This document shows positions 26,932 through 35,522 of a stretch of DNA of 64,000 bases, piece after piece (positions within the stretch are counted from its first letter, which is position 1; each line of letters opens with the position of its first letter). Location of the stretch: positions 32,001 through 96,000 of IMG/VR virus record IMGVR_UViG_3300042010_000129, one strand, 5' to 3'. Below the pieces are notes generated by a model. It saw only the letters and a program-made list of their open reading frames with translations. It did no database searches and was not told the DNA's origin. A program made the translations under genes and the position numbers. Source of the stretch: a virus (lineage: Duplodnaviria; Caudoviricetes).

Positions 26932-27539
26932 TCGGGAAATTCATCGCACTGGAATCCATCGAAGCAGCGGGCAAAGGAACAGCTTCCGTTTATGTTGGTG
27001 ATCATGCCAAGAAACGCGGGTTGGAAATGATCTTTACCCGTGAACCGGGTGGCACTCCGTTTGCCGAAGCTATCCGCGCCCTAATGCTTGATAACGAAGG
27101 GAAAATTCCCGCGTTGTGCCAACCTTTCCTGTCGTATGCTTCCCGCATTCAACACACCGAACATTTGATTCGTCCGGCGCTGGAACGTGGCGCGCACGTT
27201 TTCAGTGAGCGCTATTACTGGTCGGCACTCGCTTACCAAACGCGCACCTGTGATCAGACGTGGGCCATTCACGAAATGTGTTCGGAACATTTGATCAAAC
27301 CGGATCTGACAATTCTGTTGGATCTGCCGCCAGAAGTCAGCTTTCAGCGTATGCACGAATCTCGCGTTGCAAAGGGAATCGCTCTCGATGAATTCGAGAA
27401 AAAACCTTTGTCTTATTTCGCTGAAGTGCGTGAGGCCTACCACAATCTGATTGATGATTCGTGGGTTGTGATCGACGCACAGCAACCCCTTGAAGAGGTA
27501 CAGCGCCAAGTATTGGCACTGATCGACCGAACGGTGTAA
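26928..27539 (+). CDS. tmk: Thymidylate kinase
   Basis: FIALESIEAAGKGT, TREPGGT, ERY..S.LAYQ, PDLTILLD. Confidence 0.9.
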   Translation: MIGKFIALESIEAAGKGTASVYVGDHAKKRGLEMIFTREPGGTPFAEAIRALMLDNEGKIPALCQPFLSYASRIQHTEHLIRPALERGAHVFSERYYWSALAYQTRTCDQTWAIHEMCSEHLIKPDLTILLDLPPEVSFQRMHESRVAKGIALDEFEKKPLSYFAEVREAYHNLIDDSWVVIDAQQPLEEVQRQVLALIDRTV

Positions 27540-27541
27540 AA

Positions 27542-27967
27542 ATGAAAATGATGCTCGCATTAGCGGCCAGTGGTAAAAAGTATTTGTCGGGCGGGCTGAT
27601 GATTCGGTTGGCCCGGAATTACCCGGATATTCGCGACCTCGGTAATCGCCTGCTGCGTCTGCCCATTATCCCGCGTGGGAATTTCGTTCCCAAATTGCCG
27701 AAAGGCGATGACCAACTGATCAAGTTTGCAGAGCAGAATAAGTTCTCGCTTTATTACGGTTATCGCGTGTACAAAAACGCAGAAGGCAAAGACCAGATGG
27801 AATCTTTGCTGATGTGCGTGGACGACAAGGGCCGCGTAGTTGAAACCGAAGAAAGCCGGTTGGATAACACGTCGAGTTATGTAGGAATGCGTATCCCGAC
27901 CGACGATATCAAAAGCCGTCGCTACGCCAACAAATTCAACCGGATGGATTATCTAAAGGCCCAATGA
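27542..27967 (+). CDS. Leader-family hypothetical protein
   Basis: Starts MKMMLALAAS. Confidence 0.7.
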   Translation: MKMMLALAASGKKYLSGGLMIRLARNYPDIRDLGNRLLRLPIIPRGNFVPKLPKGDDQLIKFAEQNKFSLYYGYRVYKNAEGKDQMESLLMCVDDKGRVVETEESRLDNTSSYVGMRIPTDDIKSRRYANKFNRMDYLKAQ

Positions 27968-29649
27968 TGGAAATGACAATTGCAGCCTCAGTATCGCCGC
28001 CCGGTGCAGCGGATGCGTTCATTAAACTTTTGATCGCGATCTACAAGGCGCCCGAATTCGACTATGGTACGAATTTTCAAACGAAATTGAAGAAGTGGAA
28101 CGAGCAGGCGCAGCCGTTCCTTGAGCAATACGCGATCAAGCGCACCTTTGCCAAAACTTTGTCGATGTTGGTCAATGGCGAAGACGTATCGAACGAGAAA
28201 TATTCGATCATCGTAAAGGGCTGTTTCGACTCCCTGAAAAAGAAAAAGAAATCGTTCGATAAAGACAAAGGTTTGTCCAAGCTGCAATTGAGTTTCCTGA
28301 ATGATGTGCGTCTGGCCTACAACGGATCGTCGGGTGCGGGTAATCGCATCATGCAGAACGTTGGCTACTTCAAAGATTCGCATATCAGCAAAATGTTTTT
28401 GCACGAAGGCGAACACGTTGATACTTCGGTGCAGCAATCGCTGTATGATCGCCTCGAACAGCACGTGAAAACTCACGGCAAAGTGAAGGGCCACGTGATG
28501 CCGAATACCACGCTTGAGAAATGGCGTGATAAGGCAAAAGAAGTGGGCACCAATCTAACGGAACACCAAGACTATTTGGACATGCGCCGCCAGCGTAAAG
28601 CCATCGCAGATAAAGCGATTGCGAATATCGTTCGTGCATCCGGTGAACACATTGTGGACGTGGACGTAATCCGCGAACAAATGAACGGCGTGCAGCACGA
28701 TATTCCTGATTGGTTCGTAGGCAAGATCGACGACAAAGGGAATTACTTCACCACTGACGGTTTGCAACTGCTGAATAAACCGATTGGTGAAGGTTCGATG
28801 AACCCGAATTACAAACCGGGATCGACCGTTTACTACTGCCAGTACAAAGCACCGTTTGCTGCAAATCTTTCGAATGTCTACACGATTGCAGCCCGTACCG
28901 AAGGCCGCGTGCAGTCCTTTAACGTCGTGCAAAACATGCTGCCCGATGTGACGAAGTATGTGAAAAAATGGTTGCCTGATTTGGCTAAAGGGCCGGGATC
29001 GTTGCGCGGTGTTGCTGCTGCCGTTTGTGAGACGATTTACCAGACCTCGGCGCGTATCGGTTCGACCCGTGGCAACACTGCCGGGGAAACGACCTACGGC
29101 ATTTCTACGCTGCTGCGCAAACACATTCTGTTCAATGATCAACGTGCGATTTTCAAGTACATCGGCAAGAAAGGCGGTGCGCAGAAGCACGTGATCAAGT
29201 TCGAAGATCAGCGGACGCAAATGCTGCATGCGGCCCTCGACGAATTCCTGTACGAGAAAAAGCCAACGGAATATGTTTTCACTTTCCGTGGCAAACCGTT
29301 ATCGAACAGCCAAGTGAACGGCTACCTGCGCGACCTCGGATTTCCTGAAGGTTTCAGCATTCACAAATTCCGTAAGTTGCGTGGTACAGCGATGGCGAAA
29401 TTGCTGATGGATAAATGTCCGTTCGGTGCCCGCGCTCGCGATGCTGACGTGAATAAATGGATCGAAACGCAGTGTTTGAAAATCGGTAAGGAACTCGGTC
29501 ATTTGGCCGGGGAGAAAGTGACGGCCACCACGGCAATCGCCAACTATATCGACCCTTCGGTATTCCTGCCGGTCTACGAAAAAACGAACACGCGCCCGAA
29601 CTCCAAAATCCAAAAAGCGATTGACCTCGCGACGAAGAGTGCAGAATAA
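27964..29649 (+). CDS. DNA topoisomerase IB with N-terminal extension and leader
   Basis: Catalytic pentad motifs SARIGS, YIGKKG, HKFR, LGH, ANYIDP; starts MMEMTIAAS. Confidence 0.85.
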   Translation: MMEMTIAASVSPPGAADAFIKLLIAIYKAPEFDYGTNFQTKLKKWNEQAQPFLEQYAIKRTFAKTLSMLVNGEDVSNEKYSIIVKGCFDSLKKKKKSFDKDKGLSKLQLSFLNDVRLAYNGSSGAGNRIMQNVGYFKDSHISKMFLHEGEHVDTSVQQSLYDRLEQHVKTHGKVKGHVMPNTTLEKWRDKAKEVGTNLTEHQDYLDMRRQRKAIADKAIANIVRASGEHIVDVDVIREQMNGVQHDIPDWFVGKIDDKGNYFTTDGLQLLNKPIGEGSMNPNYKPGSTVYYCQYKAPFAANLSNVYTIAARTEGRVQSFNVVQNMLPDVTKYVKKWLPDLAKGPGSLRGVAAAVCETIYQTSARIGSTRGNTAGETTYGISTLLRKHILFNDQRAIFKYIGKKGGAQKHVIKFEDQRTQMLHAALDEFLYEKKPTEYVFTFRGKPLSNSQVNGYLRDLGFPEGFSIHKFRKLRGTAMAKLLMDKCPFGARARDADVNKWIETQCLKIGKELGHLAGEKVTATTAIANYIDPSVFLPVYEKTNTRPNSKIQKAIDLATKSAE

Positions 29650-29651
29650 AT

Positions 29652-29933
29652 ATGGAAATGGTACTGGCAGTTGCCAATGATAAAAACCCGGTTTCGGTAG
29701 ACAAATTGCCGAAAGGTTCCAAGGTCACTCATTTTGTGCTGTATCACGCAGGCACCTTCAACGTCTTGGGGCGTGGCCGTGCCGCTACCGCCAAACAGGC
29801 GACAAAACAAATGGATCGCCTTATGTCGCTGGGGATGAAAGCTGATCTTGCGCTTTACGCAGAAGACGGCGACCGCACGGTTTTGCTGCGCGAAACTTAT
29901 ATCCTGAAACGCACCGGCCCTGAGAAGGTTTAA
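29652..29933 (+). CDS. Leader-family hypothetical protein
   Basis: Starts MEMVLAVAN; paralog of 31206. Confidence 0.7.
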   Translation: MEMVLAVANDKNPVSVDKLPKGSKVTHFVLYHAGTFNVLGRGRAATAKQATKQMDRLMSLGMKADLALYAEDGDRTVLLRETYILKRTGPEKV

Positions 29934-29936
29934 CAA

Positions 29937-30506
29937 ATGGAAATGATGCTTGCGTTGGCTACGACTAAGCAACAACAAACTGCCTCATTTTTCCGGTGGT
30001 TCAAACACAGCAAAGTCGTCGATAAAAACTACCAACCGTTGCGGGTTTACCACGGCACGAAACACGAATTCAAAGAGTTCAGCCGGGCGCACCATGGCAA
30101 ACAGGACTTTGGTTATTTGGGCGAAGGCTTTTATTTCACAGCTTCGCACAAGATTGCCAGTTCCTACGGTACGGGCGGCGATGGTGGTCACATCATCCCC
30201 GTTTATTTGAGCCTGCAAAATCCGTACATAATCGACAAACACAATTGGCAAGATCAGTCGCAGGGTTATTCCCGCGTCGTTGCAATTAGCCAAGAATTCC
30301 AAGCGAAGGGTGACAATTTCAGTGTCGCCAATGCGAAGGCCGCGAAACAATATCGGCAAGAATTGGAAGACGCTGGTTACGACGGAATCATCGACGACAG
30401 TGACGGCGCTATGACGCAGATTGTTGCGTTTTATCCGAACCAAATCAAAAGCGCCATTGGCAACACTGGCTATTTCGATTTGCACAATGACGAACTGACG
30501 GAATAA
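29937..30506 (+). CDS. ART-PolyVal-like ADP-ribosyltransferase domain protein with leader
   Basis: FFRWF..SKVVD...PLRVYHGT...G.GFYFT...A..Y...PVYL.LQNP...GYDGI; starts MEMMLALAT. Confidence 0.75.
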   Translation: MEMMLALATTKQQQTASFFRWFKHSKVVDKNYQPLRVYHGTKHEFKEFSRAHHGKQDFGYLGEGFYFTASHKIASSYGTGGDGGHIIPVYLSLQNPYIIDKHNWQDQSQGYSRVVAISQEFQAKGDNFSVANAKAAKQYRQELEDAGYDGIIDDSDGAMTQIVAFYPNQIKSAIGNTGYFDLHNDELTE

Positions 30507-30509
30507 CCG

Positions 30510-30800
30510 ATGGACGCATACGAAAGCGGTGTTTGTACTGGTCAGCGCGGCGAAAAAGGCCCGGAAGGCCCACGCGGTGCCTGTGGCCCTAATTGCAAGG
30601 GGCCTGAGTGTGGATGTGGGAGCGTATGCGGGCCTGTTGGGGTTCCCGGCCTGCTTGGCCCCGGCCCGCACCCGCAAGGTGTTCCCGGCCCCGACTACGG
30701 CGGCAATAACGCAGGCCTTTCCAAGAAAGAAGCGCACGCGATGCCGTGGTATGTCGCTCACGTAATGCGGCAAACGCGCCGCCAGAACAGGGTGAATTAA
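30510..30800 (+). CDS. Small Cys-rich collagen-like protein
   Basis: GQRGEKGPEGPRGACGP...GPVGVPGLLGP with six Cys. Confidence 0.65.
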   Translation: MDAYESGVCTGQRGEKGPEGPRGACGPNCKGPECGCGSVCGPVGVPGLLGPGPHPQGVPGPDYGGNNAGLSKKEAHAMPWYVAHVMRQTRRQNRVN

Positions 30801-31187
30801 ATGGAAATGCAATTGGCTTTGGCTGGCGACCGCAACGACACCGAGAAATTCAAAGCGGTGCTTGTGGCGCAAGGTTACGAAATTCGCACCAAAGATAAAG
30901 ACACCATTCAAGACGGTCAGATTGTTGTCTTGCCCGGTGATCCAGATTCCAAAGACCTCGCGGCCTACAAAACTTTCAAAGATAGCGCTGGTGTGGTTCG
31001 CGCTGAATTGCAAATGTCTTTGGACGACGGCGGAAACGTCGAATACAGTGGCCGGGCGCGGATTAACATTGGCGAGCCTGATCAAAAAACTGCGTACTGG
31101 TTTAGCGTTCACCAGCACAACGTGGACGATAAACTTGAAGTCATTGACGCCCTGATGACCAAACTTTACGGCCAACCAAACCAATAA
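30801..31187 (+). CDS. Leader-family hypothetical protein
   Basis: Starts MEMQLALAG. Confidence 0.7.
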   Translation: MEMQLALAGDRNDTEKFKAVLVAQGYEIRTKDKDTIQDGQIVVLPGDPDSKDLAAYKTFKDSAGVVRAELQMSLDDGGNVEYSGRARINIGEPDQKTAYWFSVHQHNVDDKLEVIDALMTKLYGQPNQ

Positions 31188-31205
31188 CGCACGGGACTAA
31201 ATTTA

Positions 31206-31481
31206 ATGGAAATGATTTTGGCGGTAGCGGCTGCAAACATGGCCCCGCGTGGTTACAAGATTATCGGCTACGAAATTCGTGACACGAAGCACGGCAACCC
31301 GCTGTTGAGTCGTGGCAAAGGCGATAAGCAAGAAGCCATCCGCAACAATATCAACCAGTACGCCGAACAGATGGATAAGATTGATTTTATCCTGTACCTC
31401 GAAGGCAAAGACGGCGAACAGCAAATCCACAAACGCTTCGAATGGGATTCCAACGAAGCCGTCGAAATTCCGGTGAAATAA
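31206..31481 (+). CDS. Leader-family hypothetical protein
   Basis: Starts MEMILAVAAA. Confidence 0.7.
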   Translation: MEMILAVAAANMAPRGYKIIGYEIRDTKHGNPLLSRGKGDKQEAIRNNINQYAEQMDKIDFILYLEGKDGEQQIHKRFEWDSNEAVEIPVK

Positions 31482-31658
31482 ATGGTACGCGCTTTCGATC
31501 TGAGCAAACTGCACGACCAGTACGCGAACGAAACGCCTGAGCAAAAGGCGAAGCGTTACGCGGAAAACAAAGAACGCACCGAACGCTTTCTGAATCGCTG
31601 GAAAGAGTTCGAGGCAAAACATCCTGAGCTTGCAAAAACAATGGTGTGTGCCGCATGA
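31482..31658 (+). CDS. Small hypothetical protein (58 aa, not in ORF track)
   Basis: MVRAFDLSKLHDQYANETPEQKAKRY...; abuts both neighbours. Confidence 0.65.
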   Translation: MVRAFDLSKLHDQYANETPEQKAKRYAENKERTERFLNRWKEFEAKHPELAKTMVCAA

Positions 31659-32086
31659 AAATGGAAATCGCAACCGCTGCTGAACCTACGCTGCTGCCGA
31701 GCCGCTACGCCATTGGCGAGCCTGTGTTTTTTCACCCGGCAATTCACGATTTCACGCCGGATCAAGTACAGAAACATGCACTGAAAGCCAAAATCATGGC
31801 TGTGCGTTTCACGAAATCGAAAGTGTTGTACGAATTGGCGCTGGATACCGCACTTGATCCGGGGCCTGCCGAATATTACGAAGCAATCCCGCTGGCTGAT
31901 GTGGATTCGTATTTCGTCCTGAACGCAGCCGATGCAATGGACGGCGACCGTTTGCTGGCCGACGTTTCCTACATGGCGACCGGTTCCAACCAATCCCGCA
32001 CGCCGCAAGAAATCCGCAAGTTCGCTCAATTCTTTTTGGCGGTTGCGGCTGACCTCCCCGAACTGCGTAAAGAACAGAGTAAATAA
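31655..32086 (+). CDS. Leader-family hypothetical protein
   Basis: ATGA overlap start MKMEIATAAE. Confidence 0.7.
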   Translation: MKMEIATAAEPTLLPSRYAIGEPVFFHPAIHDFTPDQVQKHALKAKIMAVRFTKSKVLYELALDTALDPGPAEYYEAIPLADVDSYFVLNAADAMDGDRLLADVSYMATGSNQSRTPQEIRKFAQFFLAVAADLPELRKEQSK

Positions 32087-32088
32087 AC

Positions 32089-32391
32089 ATGGCTAAATCC
32101 CATTGGTTCCACGCAAAAGCTTCGAACGCAAAAAGAAAATACCTCAAGAAACATCCGGGTTCGATTTACGCGGGTGCCCGTACCGGTGCGGCCAATGGGA
32201 ATGGCGCCGCTGCATACCGCGCACAAGTTGACCACATGCGTCAGGAAATCGCACAGATTAAAAAGCAGTTGCAAGCTCTGCACGAATCGGACTCTGCACA
32301 CGACGGCCTGCTGCGCCGTCTGATGGCCCTGCAACGCAAGCTCACGATGTTCAAACGGGCCGCAATGGCAACCGCACGTTCGAGGAAATAA
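32089..32391 (+). CDS. Basic coiled-coil protein
   Basis: K/R-rich, MAKSHWFH...YLKKHPGS. Confidence 0.7.
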   Translation: MAKSHWFHAKASNAKRKYLKKHPGSIYAGARTGAANGNGAAAYRAQVDHMRQEIAQIKKQLQALHESDSAHDGLLRRLMALQRKLTMFKRAAMATARSRK

Positions 32392-32392
32392 A

Positions 32393-32782
32393 ATGGAAGT
32401 GATGATCGCCCTCGGGGCCTCAATTAAAGTCAGTGACCGGGGCGAACATTTCGGTAAAGAATTTCGTTCCGAACACGGTTACATCTGCGTGAAAACTGGC
32501 GGGCAATTCTCGCCGTGCAAACACAGCGTAACCGATTACGTGGTCAACGAAGAATCTCGCGGACAGGGCCACGGTGATTTTCTGCTGAAGGGAATTGTCC
32601 GCACGTACAAATCGGATATCGGCGGTCAGGTCAGCAGCATTGCCAGCCTGCACGTGTTCTACAAAAACGGATTCCGACCAGCACTCAAACTCGATGCAAC
32701 TTTGGAAGAGACGAAAAAGCTTTTCAAAGATGAATGGGGTAGCCTGCTGATGGTTTATAAACCGGCGAAGGATTTCACTTAA
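32393..32782 (+). CDS. GNAT-like acetyltransferase with leader
   Basis: YVVNEESRGQGHGDFLL...SLHVFYKNGF; starts MEVMIALGAS. Confidence 0.7.
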   Translation: MEVMIALGASIKVSDRGEHFGKEFRSEHGYICVKTGGQFSPCKHSVTDYVVNEESRGQGHGDFLLKGIVRTYKSDIGGQVSSIASLHVFYKNGFRPALKLDATLEETKKLFKDEWGSLLMVYKPAKDFT

Positions 32783-33705
32783 TGGAAATGGAAATTGCGC
32801 TGGCGGGTAGTTCTGTTCTGTATCATTTGATCCCGATGGAATACGCGATCCCAGCCCTGCAAAACAACCGCTTCAAACTCGCTGCAACCAACGAAGGCGT
32901 TGAATCCGAATTCGGAAAGCAGCAATACTTCTTGAGCCTTGCGCGCTCGAAGCACAGCCACTATTTCAAAAGCGAAATCGGTTTTACGCACGTGGTGTTC
33001 GTCCTCGACGGCCAGAAGATGGGCCAGAATTACCAGATTAAACCTGTTGATTACTGGGCCAGCCAGAAGCATGTGACCTCCGATGAAATGGAAGACCGTT
33101 TGTTTGCCGACAAGCTGTATATCCCTTGCGTAAAATACGTGAAGGAAATTCATTTCATGGCCGAGCGCGAAGCCAAATACAAATCGAATGACAGCCTGAC
33201 ACTGGCGCTGTTGGCGAAACGTAACGGCATTGAGCTTTTCCAGTACGAAAAGTTTGAAGACTTCGTGAATCTGGACAAGCGCAAGAAAATCAAGCTGGAA
33301 GTCAGCGACAAGAAGAAACCGAAATTCGGTGCGAAGAAAGGTTTTGACCCCGGCCCGGATGGCGACCTGCAAGCTTGGTACGTGGCGTCTCAAATCGTCT
33401 TCAAACCAAACGAAGATTTCGGCACGCAATTTGTCAAAGGGGCCAAGCACAAAGAAGAACGCAAGGCCCGCGACCGTATACGTCGCCAGATTAACGACAT
33501 GAAGCGTTATATCGACGTAGAAAAACGCGCCGTCTACGATTTCAACAAGCTGCTTGGGTACGCGAAAGGCGGCGAAGATTTGGAATTCCTCGAAAAGATC
33601 AAACGCGTAAAACGAAAACTGCGCGTGGATACCAAAGGCTTTCTTGACTACGTGCGCAAGCGCTGGATGACTCAAGAAGAAAGAGAAATGCACGGCTTGG
33701 AGTAA
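32782..33705 (+). CDS. Leader-family protein, possible ADP-ribosyltransferase fold
   Basis: Starts MEMEIALAG; VLYH / FLSLARS / DEMEDR triad pattern. Confidence 0.6.
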   Translation: MEMEIALAGSSVLYHLIPMEYAIPALQNNRFKLAATNEGVESEFGKQQYFLSLARSKHSHYFKSEIGFTHVVFVLDGQKMGQNYQIKPVDYWASQKHVTSDEMEDRLFADKLYIPCVKYVKEIHFMAEREAKYKSNDSLTLALLAKRNGIELFQYEKFEDFVNLDKRKKIKLEVSDKKKPKFGAKKGFDPGPDGDLQAWYVASQIVFKPNEDFGTQFVKGAKHKEERKARDRIRRQINDMKRYIDVEKRAVYDFNKLLGYAKGGEDLEFLEKIKRVKRKLRVDTKGFLDYVRKRWMTQEEREMHGLE

Positions 33706-33709
33706 CCGC

Positions 33710-35518
33710 ATGGAAATGCAATTGGCTGTGGCCGCAGTACGACTTAGTGTTGCGCGCCCATTCGTAAAGGGTTGGGATAAAAACGGAGTCGGCGTGAAAG
33801 CCATCCGTAAATTCCTGCCTAAAAATAGCAAAGGTTATCGGCTGTATATTCCGATCAAGAAAACGAAGGCCGACCGCGTTGTGGTGCCGAGTGCGGTATT
33901 CCACGCAATCCACGAAGCCGGGTATTCCATCGAAGATTACATCAACGGAATCGCGGTGGCCCCGGACGGTAAACGCCGCGTGCGTATCGGCAAACTTCTG
34001 CGTGATGCTGAAGCCATTAAAGAATTCGCAAACGATCCACAACGTTCGGCACACAAAGACGAATACACCTGCGTGATTTCTGCGCATCCTTACGATGTGA
34101 TCGGAATGTCTACCGGGCGCCGTTGGGATAAGACAACCTGCATGCGCCTAGCAACGCCTGAGAACAAAGGTGACGCGGGCGAAAAGGCTGTTGAGTTCAT
34201 GCCGGGCACCGTTGCGGAAGGCACGTTGGTTGCCTACGTGATCAGCCCCAAAGATAAAAACATCAACAAGCCGCATGCGCGCCTGTTGATCAAACCGTTC
34301 AAGAAAGCTGACGATCAATCTTTCGTTTATTTCAAAGTCGAAACCGCTGTTTACGGCCAACCGATTCCCGGTTTTAAACGCACGGTCGAGAACTGGTTGA
34401 AGCGCGTGAACAAAGGCGCACAGGCCGGTATTTATAAGCTGCATAAAAGCGTTCACATTGACCGCTCTGATGATTTGCGCACAGCGATTATCGCGGACTA
34501 CGAAAAGGTTGATGATAAAGACCAGTTTATCCTGAAAAATATGTACCCGGCTGGCGGGCCGAAAGTCTGGCTGAACGCCGACAAACGTTGGTTGCCCGAC
34601 ATGCTGCGCGTCACGACCGATACTCACAATCTGGAAGAAATTGTGAACGCTGCACGTGGGGCCGGAATTCATGCAAATAAAATCGGTGCGATTTACGATC
34701 AGGTAATTCCAGCCGACGACATGCGCAATTACGACCTGTCGGAATTCCTGTTGGGCACGCATGCGCAGGAATTGTTTGAAACCAGTAAACACCTTGGTGC
34801 CGCCGCCCGCGAACAATTCGAATGGGCTGACGACGAAGAAACCAACGCCGAACACGCGATGAAATACGGCCTTTACGATTCGCGCTGGCTGTCGTCCGTG
34901 ACCGATATCAGCCCGGATCTTTTGCGTCAATTGGCACAGAAATTCATTTACGGTGCGTACCGCTGGACGCCTGAATTGCAGGTATCGAAACTGCGTGGCG
35001 CCAAGCACATTCGGCTGTATCTGGCGTTTGTTGCAAACGGTTTGCTGGCCGACACCGGTTGGCTGACGCAGCGCGTAGACATTCGCAACCTGAAAGACTA
35101 CGTTAAGAAATCTAAAATCCCGGCCAGCTGGGATGAAGAAATTGTCGATCTGATTAAAACGATTAATTGGAACGCGAATTTCCGCAACTCCACGTCGAAC
35201 AGCATCAACGGTGAAGCCTGCGTACTCAACGTGGCGCCGGACTGGGCAGCGGTGTTCCCTGAATGGATTCCCGAATCGCGTCGGTTCCTTAGCGAAAAGG
35301 CGGTTGGTGTTCTGGCTAAAATGGCCCGGCACAATAAAACGATTCGCGACCAACTGGTTTACTGGGCATACAGCCAAAACCGCGATGCGCTTGCCAACGG
35401 TTATACGTGGTTTGCAGTTCGTAAAAACGTGCGTGATTTTATCCATCACGTGGCCGCGCAGAAAGGCGACGACGAAGCGATTACTTTCGCCCAACGCATT
35501 ATGTCTCTACAGAGTTAA
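33710..35518 (+). CDS. Leader-family large paralog 1
   Basis: MEMQLAVAA; HPYDVIGMSTGR.WD..CMR domain. Confidence 0.8.
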   Translation: MEMQLAVAAVRLSVARPFVKGWDKNGVGVKAIRKFLPKNSKGYRLYIPIKKTKADRVVVPSAVFHAIHEAGYSIEDYINGIAVAPDGKRRVRIGKLLRDAEAIKEFANDPQRSAHKDEYTCVISAHPYDVIGMSTGRRWDKTTCMRLATPENKGDAGEKAVEFMPGTVAEGTLVAYVISPKDKNINKPHARLLIKPFKKADDQSFVYFKVETAVYGQPIPGFKRTVENWLKRVNKGAQAGIYKLHKSVHIDRSDDLRTAIIADYEKVDDKDQFILKNMYPAGGPKVWLNADKRWLPDMLRVTTDTHNLEEIVNAARGAGIHANKIGAIYDQVIPADDMRNYDLSEFLLGTHAQELFETSKHLGAAAREQFEWADDEETNAEHAMKYGLYDSRWLSSVTDISPDLLRQLAQKFIYGAYRWTPELQVSKLRGAKHIRLYLAFVANGLLADTGWLTQRVDIRNLKDYVKKSKIPASWDEEIVDLIKTINWNANFRNSTSNSINGEACVLNVAPDWAAVFPEWIPESRRFLSEKAVGVLAKMARHNKTIRDQLVYWAYSQNRDALANGYTWFAVRKNVRDFIHHVAAQKGDDEAITFAQRIMSLQS

Positions 35519-35522
35519 ATAA

